In this document: piece by piece, positions 1 through 12,946 of the stretch
Layout: each line of letters opens with the position of its first letter
Numbering within the stretch: the stretch's first letter is position 1
From: Scenedesmus sp. PABB004
Taxonomy: Eukaryota
NCBI GenBank assembly: GCA_014905635.1
Contig: JABVCE010000002.1
Span: forward strand, 2,480,001-2,544,000
Direction of reading: 5' to 3'
DNA: 64,000 nt
Program-made: the position numbers and the translations under genes
Notes under the pieces: model-generated
The model's input: only the letters and a program-made list of their open reading frames with translations
The model's database searches: none
Told to the model about the DNA's origin: nothing

Positions 1-144
1 AGCATGTTCAACAGCCTCGTCGAGGACACGGGGCCCGTGGCGAGCGCGATGCTGCGCCAGATGGCGGCCGCGGGGCCGGGCGACGACGCGGTCTCGGCGA
101 GCGGCGGCCTCGCGAGCCGCCCCATGTCGCTCGAGCTCAGCTGA
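1..144 (+). CDS. 3' end of a probable ABCC/MRP-type ABC transporter (partial)
   Basis: Frame 1 reads SMFNSLVEDTGPVASAMLRQMAAA...LELS* with TGA at 142-144. This resembles the ABCC C-terminal helix, cf. SMFSKLVDKQSPQAAAALRELA in the ABCC at 40940-46733. Not in the ORF track. Confidence 0.6.
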   Translation, partial: SMFNSLVEDTGPVASAMLRQMAAAGPGDDAVSASGGLASRPMSLELS

Positions 145-485
145 GCGCGCGGCGGCAGCGGCGCGCGGGGCTTGTCGTCTGTGGGGCTGGATAATGCTTT
201 CAAACCTGCATGGCGGCGCGGCGTACCAGAATAAGATAAGACGAACGCGTTGCCGCGCCTGACGCCCAAAACCCAAACCGCCCCGCACCGTGCGGCGCGC
301 CGCATCCCCCCACACAACGTCGTCCCCGCCAGGCCGCCACACCCACTTGCGCTGCGCGCGCCGTTGGGCTCCCGCGTCGCACGCCGCGAGCGCCGACAGC
401 GGGAACGCGCCGCGCAGCGCGCCGCGCGGTCGCGCCGCAGGAGCGGCTGCCTCCTCGCCACGTCGGGCATGTGCGGGCGCTGAGC

Positions 486-3400
486 ATGGCGGCGTCGGCC
501 CGCCGCGTGCTGGCGGCGGCGGAGGAGCAGGCCCGGGCGCTCTACACCGAGCCGGCGGCGCTCGCGCGGGAGCTGGCGGCGCTGCGCGGTGGGTGCCGTG
601 TTCGCTGCTGCTCTCTCCTCTCCCGCGCCTGGCGGGGCGGGCGGGCCCGGGGGCGCGCGGGCGTGGGCGTTCGGAAGCCATCAGCAGCTTTTCCCGCGCC
701 TGCTGCTGCGGGGCGCCGCGCTCGGGCCCCCGCCCCCAGCAGCCTCCGGGTCGGGCGACGTGGCCGTACGAGCAGCGTGCGCGTCAGCACCGCCTGCTCC
801 GACCGCTGGCGGCGCCGCCCGAGCGCCGTGCGCCGCCGCTGCTGCTGCCGCTGCCCGCAGGCCATGGAGCGGAGGCGCTTGCCGCGCGGCTGGCCGGCGC
901 CGTGGACGAGTCTGACGTCGGGGACCACTGCGAGCACCGCCTGGGGGTCGTGCCGCCCGCCGCCGGCGATGCCGACGACGCCGCCCTGCAAGCCGCGCAG
1001 GCGGGGGCCGCCGCGCTGCGCGCGCTGGTCGTCGGCGCGGGCAAGGAGGCCGGCTTTGCCCAGCTCCCGCTGCACGGCACGGAGACGCTGAAGGAGGCGC
1101 CGCCGCTGGGGCTGGTCGGCGCCGACGCGCCGCTGGTCCAGCTGCTGCGGCGCGTCGCGCACTGGTGGCTGCACCGCGTCGCGTACGAGCCCCCGGGCGC
1201 GCTGCTGCGCGCGACGGAGCGCTGCGAGCTGCTGTTCCGGCTGCTGCCGCCGCACGACCAGCTCGCGGCGATGGCCGACATCGTCGCCACGCTCGCCAGC
1301 CCCGCGCTGCTGGGCGAGACGCGGTGCGCGGGCGCGCCGCGCTGCGGCAGGCGCGGGCGGGCCGCGGGCGCGCAGACGGGCTGACGCCGCCGCCGCCGCC
1401 GCGCTCGCGCCTGCAGGGGCGGGCAAGAGGGCGCGCTGGTGGGGCGGCTCGACACGCCTGTGCACACCGCCACGCTCCTGAGCATGCTGAAGCTGGCACA
1501 GCAGCTGGCGGTGGCCGAAGCGGCGGCCGAGCAGCAGCAGCAACGTCAGCAGGGCCTCCAGCCGGGGGCGCAGGCGCTGCTGCAGCAGGTGGCGGCGCTG
1601 CAGCTGCTGCAGCCGCCAGCGCTGGCGCAGCTGAGGCTCGCGCGGGCCGCGCTGCACGTGGCGACGGGCGAGGCGGCGGCGCCGGGGGCGCAGCAGCAGG
1701 AGGTCGGGCGCACGAGGCTGTTTGACGAGGAGCTCGCGCCGGAGGCCGGCAACGTCGAAACGCGCACGTGGCCCCACGTGACGAGCAACCTCGACAGCGC
1801 TGTGGTGAGCAGCGGCTGCGCGGCGGCGCCCGCCCGCGTGATGTCCCCGGGCGCGCCCGCCGCCGCAGCCTGCCCACGCCTGGCCCTCCCCCGCGCCGCG
1901 CCGCCAGGCCGCCTTTGCGCGGGCGGAGCGCCAGCTCATGTCGGGGTCGCTGCTGGCGCAGCTGGCGCAGATGACGCCCACGCAGCTGGAGTTGTGGGGC
2001 GGCTTGTGCCGCGGCGGGCCCATGCGCGAGGCCGCGGAGCATGTGTGGCAGCAGCTCTCCGAGAGCGTGCTCCACCACGGTCAAGACGGCGCCGCTGCAC
2101 GTCGGCGGCGGGAGCAGCGGCGGGCCGACGACGACCTGGGCGGGTGCGGCCGCCCCGCGCACGCCAAGGCGTGCGCCACGGCGCGCGCGCGTCGGCCGGG
2201 CGCCGCGGCGGTGGCGCCCGACAGCAGCGTCGACTTTGACGGCGCGCTCGCGGCCGCGGCCGCCGCGCTGCGCGCCGCGGCGGGCTGAGCGCGCAGCAGG
2301 CGGCTCGTCGGCCAGCTGGTTGAGAGCGACGGGTCTGGCCAGGCGGTGCAGCTGCTGGACGCCCTGCTCCTGGCCCAGATGCACGAGCACGCGCTGCTGG
2401 GCCGGCAGGACCAGTGGTGAGCGGCCGCCGGCTTGCCCGTGCCTGCCGCGCCTGCTGAGCCTCAACCTTGACCTGACCCGCTCGCCGCTGCGGCAGGGAG
2501 GGCGACGTGTGCACCGTGCGGCAGCACCTTCTGGCGAGCATTCGCAGCAGGGTCATGCTGCAGCTGGCGCCTCCGGACGGCGCCGCGCCGGACGGCGGCG
2601 CGGCGGCCCCCGCCGGCCCCGCAGCGCTCGCGCGCGCGGCGCAGCAGGTGGTCATGTTTGTACAGCTGCAGCGCGGGCTGGTGCTGGACGGCTGGCAGCG
2701 CAGCTTCTTTCAGTACGCTGCCAAAGCGGCCACCGAGTGAGCGCCGCGCCGTGCACCGCGCCGCGCGCCGCGCCGCCGACGCGCCGCTGCGCGTGGCCGC
2801 GCAGCGCCGGCGCCCACGGCTGCATCGCCCTCTGCCTGCGGCGGCACGCCGCCCGCTCGCAGGCTCTCACGTGGGCGGTGCCATGCGGCGATGAGCGGCG
2901 GCGAGCTGCCGCCGCCGCTGCCGCCGCGGCGGAGCTCGCTGCAGCGGGAGCTGCAGGAGGAGCTCGCGCTCGACCTGCTGATGGACCTTGCACAGCTTGC
3001 GCGGCAGCAGTGGGATCGGGCGCACCCTGACCCTGCGGCGGCCGCTGGCGGCCTGCTGGGGTACGGCCTGCTGCTGGCGCTGGTGGAGGCCGCCGAACGC
3101 AGCGGCACGGCGCACGCGCTCGGCACGGAGCTGGTCCTGCGCCTGCTGGACGACCGTGTCAACCCTCCCCACGCGCTTCACTCCACGACTGCGGGCGCTT
3201 TCTTGTTCCTCGCTGCAGCACGGTTCGGCCGCAGCACAGCCAGGGAGGCAGAGATGGCCTCCAGTGTACAGCGAGACATCGCTTCCCTGCTTGCCTGCTT
3301 CGTGCCCAGCAGCGCCGTCGTGGAGCTGCAGGAGCTCCTGGAGGCCACCGGCTGCAAGGGCGACAGCACCCGTCAGCTGGCCCGTGGTGTGCGTGAGTCC

Positions 3401-6400
3401 CTGAACGCCGAGCCGCACAGCGCACTCGCACCGCCCGTCGTCGCTGACAACGTGGCGCTTTTGTGGGAGCTGCACCAGCTGGACAGCCTGCTGTCTACGC
3501 CTGGCGACGTCGCCCACCCGGCGGCGGCGATGGTGCGGATGCTGCTGCGGCACCACCAGGCGGCGGCGCTGCCCGCGCTCGTCGCGCGCGCCGAGGCCGC
3601 GCTGCGCCGGGCGCGCGCGCGCGAGCCGGGGGGCCTGGACGCGGCCTTGGCCACCAGCGCACTCAGACTGCTGCGATGGTACCAGCAGCGGTGGCAGCCG
3701 CCGCCCGCCGCTCCTGGCGGCGGCGCAGGCGGCGGCGCTGGCGGCGCTGGGGAGCCTGGCGGCAGCATGGAGCCGATGCGCATCCGTGGCGGCTGGGGCG
3801 GCGACGGGTCGTCCGCGTGCAGCAGCGACGGCGAGGGCAGCGCGCAAGCCTCGCCCCAGCCCTCCCGGGGCGCGTCCGTCGGCGCCAACCTCGCGGACGC
3901 GCCGGCGACGGGCGGCCCTGCCGCGGCCGCGCTGGCGTTTTCGACCGGCTCAGCGCCGCCCAGCGGCGCGCGGCGGCGCCGGCACGCCAAGCCCGGCCGA
4001 TGGGGGGGCGCGAGCCTCTCCGGCGCGCTGCCGGACACTGCCGTGCCTGACCAGCCGGCGCGCGCCGCCCTCCCCCAGCTGCTGCCAGCCGACTGGCCGT
4101 CGCAGCCGCAGGGCGAGGCCGCCGCGTGCAGCAGCAGCGGTGGCGGCGCCACGGCCAGCATCAGCTCGTCGGACAGCCTTGTGAGCGGCTCAGAGGGCGA
4201 GCACGAGGAGGAGGAGGGCGTGGAGGGCGAGGCGCAGTGCGAGGAGTGGGAGGCGGAGGAGTGCGAGCAGGAGGAGGAGCAGGAGGGCAGCGCGGGGCTG
4301 CCAGGCGGCGCAGCGAGTGACGCCGGCAGCGACAGCAGCAGCAGCAGCGGCGGCGGCGGCGGCAGCTGGGCCGACGAGCCGCTGGACCGGCGCCTGGAGG
4401 AGCTGCGCACGTTCAGGATGACGCCTGAGGCGTTTGTGGCGCTGGACGAGCCCGCGCGGCTGGCCTGGGCTCGCTACCTCGCCCTCGCCCTCAACTACGA
4501 CAGGTGCGGCAACACCCCGCACGCCGCGTGGCCTGTGTGGCGCGGCCGCCGCGCGGCGGCGGGCCGCGCAGCGCGCTCACCCGCCCGCCTGGCCGGCCGC
4601 CGCCGCATCAGTCACGAGGCGCAGCTGTGGGTGCAGGACCTGGTCGCCAGCAGGCTGGGCGGGGCGCCGCAGCGGCTGGGGGCCCTGAAGGACGTGACGG
4701 CCACCATGACAGGCTGTGTGCGACAGGTGTGTGCGCGCGCGTGCACTGCGGCAACCCTGGCCCCGCAGCGCGTGTGGGACTGCTTACCACGTGGCGGCCG
4801 CGCAACGGCCACCCACCGCTGCAGGCGCTGACCGTGTGCAGCGACGCCGCCAAGTTTGTGGCTGACGCCCTGGTCACGCCGCTGCGCCGCGACGTGCTGG
4901 CGCCGCTGGGCAAGCTGGGCACGCTGCCATGGCTGGCAGAGCCACCGCCCGAGGTGCGCAGCGGCCCGGGTGACCCGCGCCGCGCCGCGCCGCACGCGCG
5001 GCTGTCGCCTCCACCCAAGGCCGGCCCAGACGTCACGCTGCGCCCGCCGCGCCCGCTGCCGCCGCGCCAGAGCGTGTCGGTTCTGTTGGGCATCGCCACA
5101 GGCGCCTGGCTCACGCACCTGTTCAGGCTGGTGTCTGCGATGCGCGGGCAGCTGCCGGTCGAGGGCCAGGGGCGGGCCCGCTGGGCCGCCAGCTGCTGGG
5201 TCGTCATGGCCGTGGCGCGGCAGGTTGTGCGCATGCACACCTGGCTGGGCGCGGTCAGCAAGCGCCTGAAGGTGCGGTGGGCATGTGTCGCAGCGGCTGC
5301 AGCAGCCTCAGCGGCAGCAACGGCAGTCGCGGCGGGGCCGGCAGCAGGGAGCAGCAGCAGCAGGCGCAGCAGCATCGGCAGTGGGTCGAGCGCGCGCGCG
5401 CTGCCTGCCCGCCCTGACTGCGAGCTGCTCCACGCTGCGCCGCGCCACGCCGCACCGGCCCGGCTCGCGCGGCTACGGCCTGGCTCGCGTCACAGGGCAT
5501 GGATCGGGAGCTGCGTTACGAGGAGGCCATGCTCAGCGCAGCCGCGCAGGCGGGGTGGGCCGGCGGCATTGCGCTGGACTGGCACGAGCGGCTGCCGGAC
5601 GCCAGGCTGCGCGCGCTCGCGAGGGCGCTGCAGGAGCAGCGGCGGAGCGTGGGAAGCTGCCTGGAGTCCACGGCGAACGCGCGCGGCAGGCTGGGCGCCG
5701 CGCTGGCGGGCCGGCTGCACGCCGAGCTGTGGAGGCTCATTCAAACCGCCACCGACTCGGCGTATGCGGCGCCCAACGTGCGGCGGCAGGGCGGCGGGGC
5801 GCTCGCCGCAGGCCAGCGCGCCGGCGGGCCTCCATGGTGGAGCGAGCGCCCACCCCCGCCGCCCTGTCCCTGGCCGCAGGAGCCGCGGCAGTCACAGGGG
5901 GAGCTGAAGCTGGTGGACGTGGCGTTTGCCCTGACGCACCTCATGGCTCAGCACGCGGTCGACGCGAGCCCCAGCGCGCTGCGCCTGCCGGAGCGCGTCC
6001 GCCTGGGCAGGCTCGAGGAGCTCGTGAGGGGCGACGCCGCCTGGGCGCAGAAGGTGCGCAGGCCTGCCGGGCCGGGCGGCGCTGCGCGGGCCGTCGCGAC
6101 CGTCCAGGCGAGGCCGCTCACCTCTGCCTCGCCGCGCCGCGCTGCTGACGGCGACTGCCGCGCGCCCGCCGCCGCCCTGCTGGCGGCGCCGCCGCAGCTC
6201 ATCGACCTCCACCGCGGCGCGCGCGGCGCGGCGTCCCTCTGGTGGCTGCTGCCTGACATCCCGGGCACGCCGCGGCTCCGCGAGGCCGCGAGGCGCGCTC
6301 GAGAGATGTGGGGCCCGTCGCCCAGTGACGCCCTGGGCCCCTGCTGGGGGGACGAGCCGGGCGACAGCTGGCTGGGGCCGCTGTGGGGCCACGAGGCGGT

Positions 6401-7060
6401 GGCGCAGCCGCGCAGCGCCGCCGCCGCCGACGCACTCGCGGGCCTGCGGGAGGCGTGGCAGGCCCTCGTTGAGCGCACCGGCGTCGGCGGCGCGCCGGCC
6501 GCCGAAGTGCAGGCGTACAGCGACGCACGCGAGGCCTGCTGGCACGCCCTGCTCCGCGCGCCGGGGCCAAGCGACGCCGCCTCAGACTCTGGCAGCGACG
6601 ACGACGATGGCGGCGGCGGCGGCGACGAGCGGCAGGTCGCCGCGCTGGCGCGGCGCCTGGACAGCGAGCTGGAGTCCGTCCGCCTGGCGCGTGAGCCGGC
6701 GAGCGAGGCGGACATTGGCACGCTGCTCGGGGCGGTGGCGGGGGCGGCGCCCTTCCAGGCGCCCCGCGACGCGCTTCGCTGGGCGGCGCTCGCGCGGCAG
6801 CGGCGTGTCGCCGTGTCCGTGCAGCACCTGCACACCCTGGCGGTGGAGTCGCAGGGATTTGAGTCGGAGAGCGCCGCCAGCGCCAGCGCCAGCGCCGCCG
6901 GCGGCGGCACACGCGGCGCGGCGCGCGTGGTGGAGCTGACCGTCGGCAGCTGGTGGACCCCGGAGTATGTGGAGAAGGGCGGGCCGACCGGCTCGGTGCG
7001 TCGTCGTGGTGGTGGTGGTGGTGGTGGTGGTGGTGGTGGTGGTGGTGGTGGTGGTGGTGG

Positions 7061-7091
<31 letters not shown>

Positions 7092-9281
7092 GCTGCTGCT
7101 GCTGCTGCTGCTGCGCCAGGGCACCCCTCTCATCGCCGCCGCCGCCTGCGCTCCGCAGGTGCCCAAGCTCGAGCACGACCCCGCGCCCGGCTCGCCCGCC
7201 GAGTCGCTGCCCGCCGCGCAGGCGCGCCTGGCCGCGCTGCGCTGCAAGCAGGCCCTGTGCGAGGCGGCGCACGCGGCGGCCGCCGCCGTCGCCGCCGCGC
7301 CCCCGGAGCGCCGGGCGGAGGCGCTGGCTGCGGCGCTGGCGGGCTTTGAGGCGGCCGGCCTTGGCCGCGTCGGCGACAGGGAGCTCGCCCCCGCCGCAGC
7401 GGCGTGCGTCGTCGAGGCCACGGCGCGGCTGCGCGGGCCCGCCAGCTTCCGCTCGCTGCTGTGGGACGTGCTGTGCGCGGTCAAGCCGTCCGCGCAGCGC
7501 CGCTACGAGGCGTGGGCGGCGGCGAGCGCGGCGCAGGAGGCCGGCGCAGCGGGCGGCAGCGACGACGCCGCGCCGCCGGTGCCGCACGCGGCGCTGCCGG
7601 AGCTGTGGCATGCGCTCGGTGCGAGCGTGGCGCACGACCTGCTGCTGGTGCCGCCGGCGATGCGAGACCTGCTCAGCAGCGGCTGGGCCGCCGGCGCCGG
7701 CAGGCTGCGCGAGGGCGCCCCGGGCGGCGCCGGCGGCGACGCCGGCAGCGACGCGGCTGGGGCGCGCATGCTGGTCGTCCAGCTCGCGCGCGCCGTGCGG
7801 CGCCGCAGCGCAGAGGTGGGCCGGCGTCCGTGGGCGCTCGAGCGGCGCGCGCGCCGTCGCACCGGCGGCTGCCTCCACCGCGCAGGCCCGCCGACGCCTC
7901 CGCCTGTCCTGCTGCCGCGCCCGCAGGCCTTCCAGCCGTCCGTGCTGGTGGGCCACGCGCTGCTGCTGCAGCTGCTGGCGCCGCACGACGACAGGCTCAC
8001 CGAGCTGCGGCTGGACGACGGGGCCGAGCTGGAGCAGTCGGTCTCGCTGCATGACGCGATGGTGGTGGCCGACGGGGCGCTGGCGTACGGCTGCGAGCCG
8101 CTGTTCGCCGCTGCGGCCGGCTCGTGCGGGCCGGTGTGCGGCGGCGGCGCGCCGACCCAGCTGGCAGGCGCAGGCGCGGCCGGCGCCGGCGGCAGCTGCG
8201 CCTGCACCTGCGCCCGCCGCGGCATGCCCAGCCCGCTCCACCTGGCGGCGCAGCGCGGCGCGCTGCGCGCCGCGCCTCCGCGGCTGCTGCTGCCGTGGCT
8301 GCAGCTGCTCGTGACGTACCGCGCGCTGCGCTACAAGCTCACTGGCCCGGAGGCCGCGCGGCTGTGGGGCAGGTGCAGGGCGCATGCCGGTGACGGCGAT
8401 GACGCCGCGCCGCAACGCACCAGCGCCGCGTGCGCCTCCACGCTGGACGAGCCGGACGCGAGCCTGGCGGCCGCGGCGGCGGCGCTGCGCGCGCTCGGCT
8501 GGCCGGCGCTGCCACGCTGGGCGCAGGAGCTCGCGGCGCTTGCGTCGGACTTCTGCGCCGGCCGCGCGCCGCAGCTGTCGATGGGGCTGCTGCTGCAGCA
8601 CGCGCCGCCGCCACCCCTGGCGGCGCGCGGCCGAGCCAAGGGCCAGCGGCAGCAGCGGCCGCAGCAGGAGCAGCAGCAGCAGCAGGCGCAGCAGCAGCAG
8701 CAGCAGCAGCCGGCGGGCGAAGACGTGGCGGCTTTGGCGTTTTGGCTGCACGCCGACCGCCTGCTGGCCGTGCCGCCGGGCGCCTGGCCGCAGCACGCGC
8801 TGGACAGCCTGCGCAGCGGCGGCGGCGGAGGCGGCGGCGGCGCGGCGGCCCTGGCGGCGCTCGCGGCTGACCAGCACTGTGACTGGTGCGACACGCCGCT
8901 GGCGGCCGCCGGCGGCGGCGACGGCAGCGGCGGCGGCGGCAGCAGCGGCGGCGGTAGCAGCGCCCCTCGCGCAGCCGGGCACGGCTGCCCCAGCTGCAGC
9001 GTGGCGCAGTTCTGCAGCGCACGCTGCGCGGCGGCCGGCGGCCGCGTGCACGCCCCCAACTGCTGGTGCGGCGGCGCTGGCCGGCCGCGCTGCGCGCTCG
9101 CGCCCTCGCGCGCTGCCGCCGGCCCGGCTGCCCACGCGCGCCGCCGCCGCCGCCGCCGTCGCCGCCGCCCCTCAGGCGCATCCAGGCGCTGGCGCAGGAC
9201 GGCACCGCCTGGGCGCGCATGCGGCAGCCCAGCAAGGACAGCCGGTCCGTCTTTTCCTTCCCTGAGCGCTCGCGGCGGTAG
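486..9281 (+). CDS. Very large multi-exon hypothetical protein with C-terminal MYND-like zinc finger (may be more than one gene)
   Basis: ATG at 486 (MAASARRVLAAAEEQ). Protein-like exons lie in ORFs 290-1384, 1439-, 1938-, 2507-, 2891-4831, 5499- and 6967-9297, separated by GT/GC..AG introns. C-terminus CDWC...CPSCSVAQFCSARC...HAPNC; one ankyrin-like PSPLHLAAQRG; last exon RIQALAQDG...RSRR* ends TAG at 9279-9281. Confidence 0.55.
7006..7113. repeat. Intronic (GGT)n then (GCT)n microsatellite
   Basis: Direct reading; lies in the intron of about 6996-7138. Confidence 0.95.
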
Positions 9282-9436
9282 TGGGGTGAGCGGGTGAGGC
9301 GGCCGCGGCCGACCGCTCGCGGGCGGCGCGCCGGTTTGGCCTGGCGCCGGCGGAGCGCGGCGGGCCCGAGGCGAGGCGACGCGAGTTGACGCGCACATGC
9401 AAATTGCACCGCGCCGACCGCGCCGCGCCGCCGCCG

Positions 9437-9871
9437 TCACACCACGCTCGCGACGATCAGCGCGGCCAGGCCGAGCAGCGCGGCGCCCGCCGCGAGCAGG
9501 GGCGCCGCCGACGCGCCGCGCGCCGCGTCGTCCAGCACGCCGCCGAGCCCGCGCCGCCACGCGGCCTCGTGCCTGGCCGCGCACGCGGCGCGGTCGCACA
9601 CCGCGCCCGCGAGGTCGGCCACAGCGGGCGATGCGTTGCCCAAGTAGGGCACGGGGTGCTGCACCACGCGCGTCGCCGGCTCGCCGCACGCGACGCACCG
9701 CCACGCGCGCGCGGCGAGCAGCTCCTCCGCGTAACGCGCCGCGACCGCGGCTGCGAGCGCGCGCGCGGCGCGCTCGTCGCCGCGCGCCGCCGCCGCCAGC
9801 GCGCCGGGGTCGACGTCTGCTTCAAAGCTGAAGGCTGCGGGCTGCGGGCTGCCGCCGTCGGACACCTTCAC
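9437..9871 (-). CDS. Last exon of a small Cys-motif protein with a C-terminal hydrophobic tail; upstream exon(s) probably at about 10010-10143
   Basis: After a gcag acceptor: VKVSDGG...WRCVACGEPATRVVQHPVPYL...VCDRAAC...LLGLAALIVASVV*. CxxC and CxxxxC motifs plus a TM-like tail. Confidence 0.55.
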   Translation of the reverse strand: MKVSDGGSPQPAAFSFEADVDPGALAAAARGDERAARALAAAVAARYAEELLAARAWRCVACGEPATRVVQHPVPYLGNASPAVADLAGAVCDRAACAARHEAAWRRGLGGVLDDAARGASAAPLLAAGAALLGLAALIVASVV

Positions 9872-10497
9872 CTGCGCGTCACAGCGGCAGGAGCGGCGGC
9901 GGCGGTGGGTGGCAGCGGCGGCGGTGGGGTGGCAGCGGCGGCGGTGGGGTGGCAGCGGCGCTGGCAGCGGCGGCAGCAGTCGCCGCTGCGGCAGCGGCGG
10001 CGGCGCGTCTGGCGCGCACAGGTCCCCAGGATGCTCCCGCGACGGCCCCCGTGACATGAAAGCATTTAGGGAGTCGCACCGACCTGGTAGCTCACCTGGT
10101 AGCTCACGCAGGGGGCGCCGGCGGCGCCCCGGCGCGCCGACATCCTGCGCTGCCGCTGCGCAGCCTGAACCAGCCGCTGCCGGACCGGGGGATGCGCTCA
10201 GGTATCAGGCGCTGCCAGGGGTGACTGCTCCACAATCGAAGCACGCGCAGTGCGGGAGCGCCGCCACGGGCAGCTGCTGCTGCGCTGGCGCGACTGTGCG
10301 CGGGGCCGCGGCGTCGTCGCTTACGGGCGAGGGGCACTGGATCGAGGACGGCACTGGCGCGGGGAGGGGAGAGAGTTTCACCACGTTTCACCACGCGCGA
10401 CGTCTGCAGCTAACATCAGGGTTCAATGCCTCACGCCCCGCGCCCCTCGGTCGACGGACGGCGGCCGCCGCCGATGCAAGCCCACCACCACCGCTCA

Positions 10498-11036
10498 CTA
10501 CCCGCCGCCGCTGTCGCCCGCCAGGCGCGCCGCCAGCGCGGCGGCGTACGCCGCGTCCCCCCGCGCGAGGCGGGCGGCAAAGTCGTCCGCGCCGCCGCCG
10601 CTTGTTTCACCGCCGCCGCTCTCGCTGCCGCCGCCGTTTCCATCGCACGCGGCCGCCGCCAGCGCCGCCGCGAGCCGCGCGTCGGCGGCCGCGAGCTGGC
10701 GCTGCAGCGCGAGGTCGCCGCCGCTGGCGAGCGCGCTGGCGGGCACCACCGCCGCGGCGGCCGCGGCGGAGGCCTCCGCGCGCGGCGCGCCGCGCGCCAC
10801 GAGCGCCAGCGACGCGTCGGGGTGCTGCACCAGCGCCAGCCCCGCCGCCACGACGGCGCACGCGGCGCGGTCGCGCTGCTCGGCCGTGAGCGCGTCGCTC
10901 GCGCCCGCCGCCGCCGGCGGGGCGGCGACGACAAAGCCCTGCGCGAGCGGCGCCCCCGCCCCCTGCTGCTCCTGCTGCTGCTCCTGCTGCTGCTCCTGCA
11001 GCTCCGGCAGTTCCTGCTGCTGCTCCTGCAGCTCCT

Positions 11037-11070
<34 letters not shown>

Positions 11071-12572
11071 CGGCATGACCTCGCCCACGACCACACGGCG
11101 CCCACACGGCGCGGCCGCCAGCAGCGCCTGCTCAGCGCGCCGCCGCCGCTGCTGCCGGCACGACCACGCCGGCGAGCGCCGCCGCGAGCGCCGCCGCCTC
11201 GGCCTGCACCGACGACGCCAGCAGCGCCTGCTCGAGCTGTCGGCATCGCGGCGCGCGCGCGTGGGCGGGGGCGGGCGGGCGTCAGGCGCTGCGCCATGCC
11301 CGCCGCCGCCGCTGACGACGCTGCCGCGCGCCGCTGCCGCGCGCCGAGCGCCCCGCCCCGTGCCTCCTCCTCCCGCTTGCGGCGCACCAGGATATCTTCC
11401 ACCTCCTCCGCCGGCAGGCCCGCGAGCTCCGGGGGCACGTGGCCCGCCAGCACCCGCTCCGCCCCGTGCCCGCCCGGCCGCCAGTCCTCCCCCTGCTCCT
11501 CCTCGTCCCCCTCCTCCTCCTGCTCAGGCTGCTCCCCTTCCCCCGCGCTGTGCTCGCTCTCCTCCTCCTCCGTGGGCCACTGCTCCCACACCGAGTCGAG
11601 GCTCGCCTCGCTGCCGGCGTCGTCGCCTGGGCCCTCCGCCTCGTCCTCCCCGCCGCGCCGCGCGGCGCGGGCAAACAGCCAGCGCCCGCGCGGCCGCCAC
11701 AGCCGCTCCAGCTCCCGCCAGCCGTCCTGCGCGGGCGCCTGCTGCCGCGCCTGCTGCGCCGCGCCGTCCGCCTGCGCGGGCGCCGGCGCCGCGCCGTCCG
11801 CGGCGGGCGGCGCGCCGCCGTGCAGCGCGGCGCGGCGCGCCGCGTCGGCCGCCGCGCGCGTCGCCGCCGCCTCTGCCGCCAAGACCTCGGCGGGCTTGGG
11901 CCCGAGATACTGCGGCGACGCGCGCGGCAGCAGCGGCGGCGCGGGTCGGCGAGCGGGCGGGCGGGCGGGCGCGGCGGGCGCCCGCGCGCCGTCGCCGCGC
12001 CGTGGCACGCGCCGCACCCGCACGGCAAAGGGCGTGGCCTTGCAGAAGGGGCACGCTGCGCGGCCCGGCACCGGGTCGCCCGTGCACTGCTGCAGCACGA
12101 AGCAGCGCGTGCACAGCGATGCGCCGCAGCAGCTCGCCGCGTTCAGGGCGGCGAAGGCCAGGCAGCAGATGGGGCACTCCTGGGCGCAGGGCAGCGGCGG
12201 GCGCCAGCTCGGACGGCGCTGCGGCGACGCGCGGGCGCCCCGGGCAGCGGCGGCGGCGCCAGGCAGCGCGTGCTGCTGCTCCCACCTCTGCGCAGCGCGG
12301 CTCGCCGTGCTCCTCGTGCTCCGAGAAAGGCGCCAGCCGCCCCGCCTGCGGACGTGCGCGCAAGCGCGCGTGAGGCTGCGCGCGCTGGCGCGCATCCCGC
12401 CCCGAACACCGCGCGCACGCGCTCCGTCTGGCCGCCAGCGCCGTCCGGGCAGCATAACGAAAGCAAAAGCGTCACCCACCTTGATCAGCGCGCGGAGCCG
12501 GCGCGCGTCGACAGTGCCGGCAGCAGCGGAGAGGCCGCTCAGCGACGCGGCCGAGCTGGCTGAGTTGCCCAT
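10498..12572 (-). CDS. DA2/GW2/SIP5-like RING-type E3 ubiquitin ligase
   Basis: Spliced MGNSASS (N-myristoylation-like)...DARRLRALIK^AGRLAPF...^ECPICCLAFAALNAASCCGASLCTRCF...CPFCKATPFAV^YLGPKP matches the DA2/GW2 pattern; acidic low-complexity C-terminus. Confidence 0.8.
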
Positions 12573-12946
12573 GGTCGCGCTCACGGCCGCGCAAACTCGA
12601 GGAACACTGCGCGATCGGGGCAGCGGCGCGCGCGCGTCTGCTGCGCGGTCCAGCGCTGCGCCCTGCTGCGTGGCCCGCGCCGCGCCGCGCCTCCCACCGC
12701 AAACCTTCAGCTCACCACGCCGCCATTGCGACCGCTGGCAGCCCGCGCTGCTGGCTCTTGGCGCCCGCCAGTGCTCTGCTGCTGCTGCTCCCGCGCCCCA
12801 CGCACCAATTGCCCGTTCGCGCGGCTGACTAGGCGCCCACAGCAGCAGCTGCTTGACGCGCCAGCCGCTGCCAGGCGCCGCCAGGCGCCGCCGGCAGCAG
12901 CACCAGCCGCCGCTGGCCGCGGGCCGGCCGCCGCCGCCGCCGCGCG

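Noticed and set aside
6953..7120. Poly-W, poly-V and poly-H ORFs
   Set aside because: Intronic (GGT)n microsatellite.
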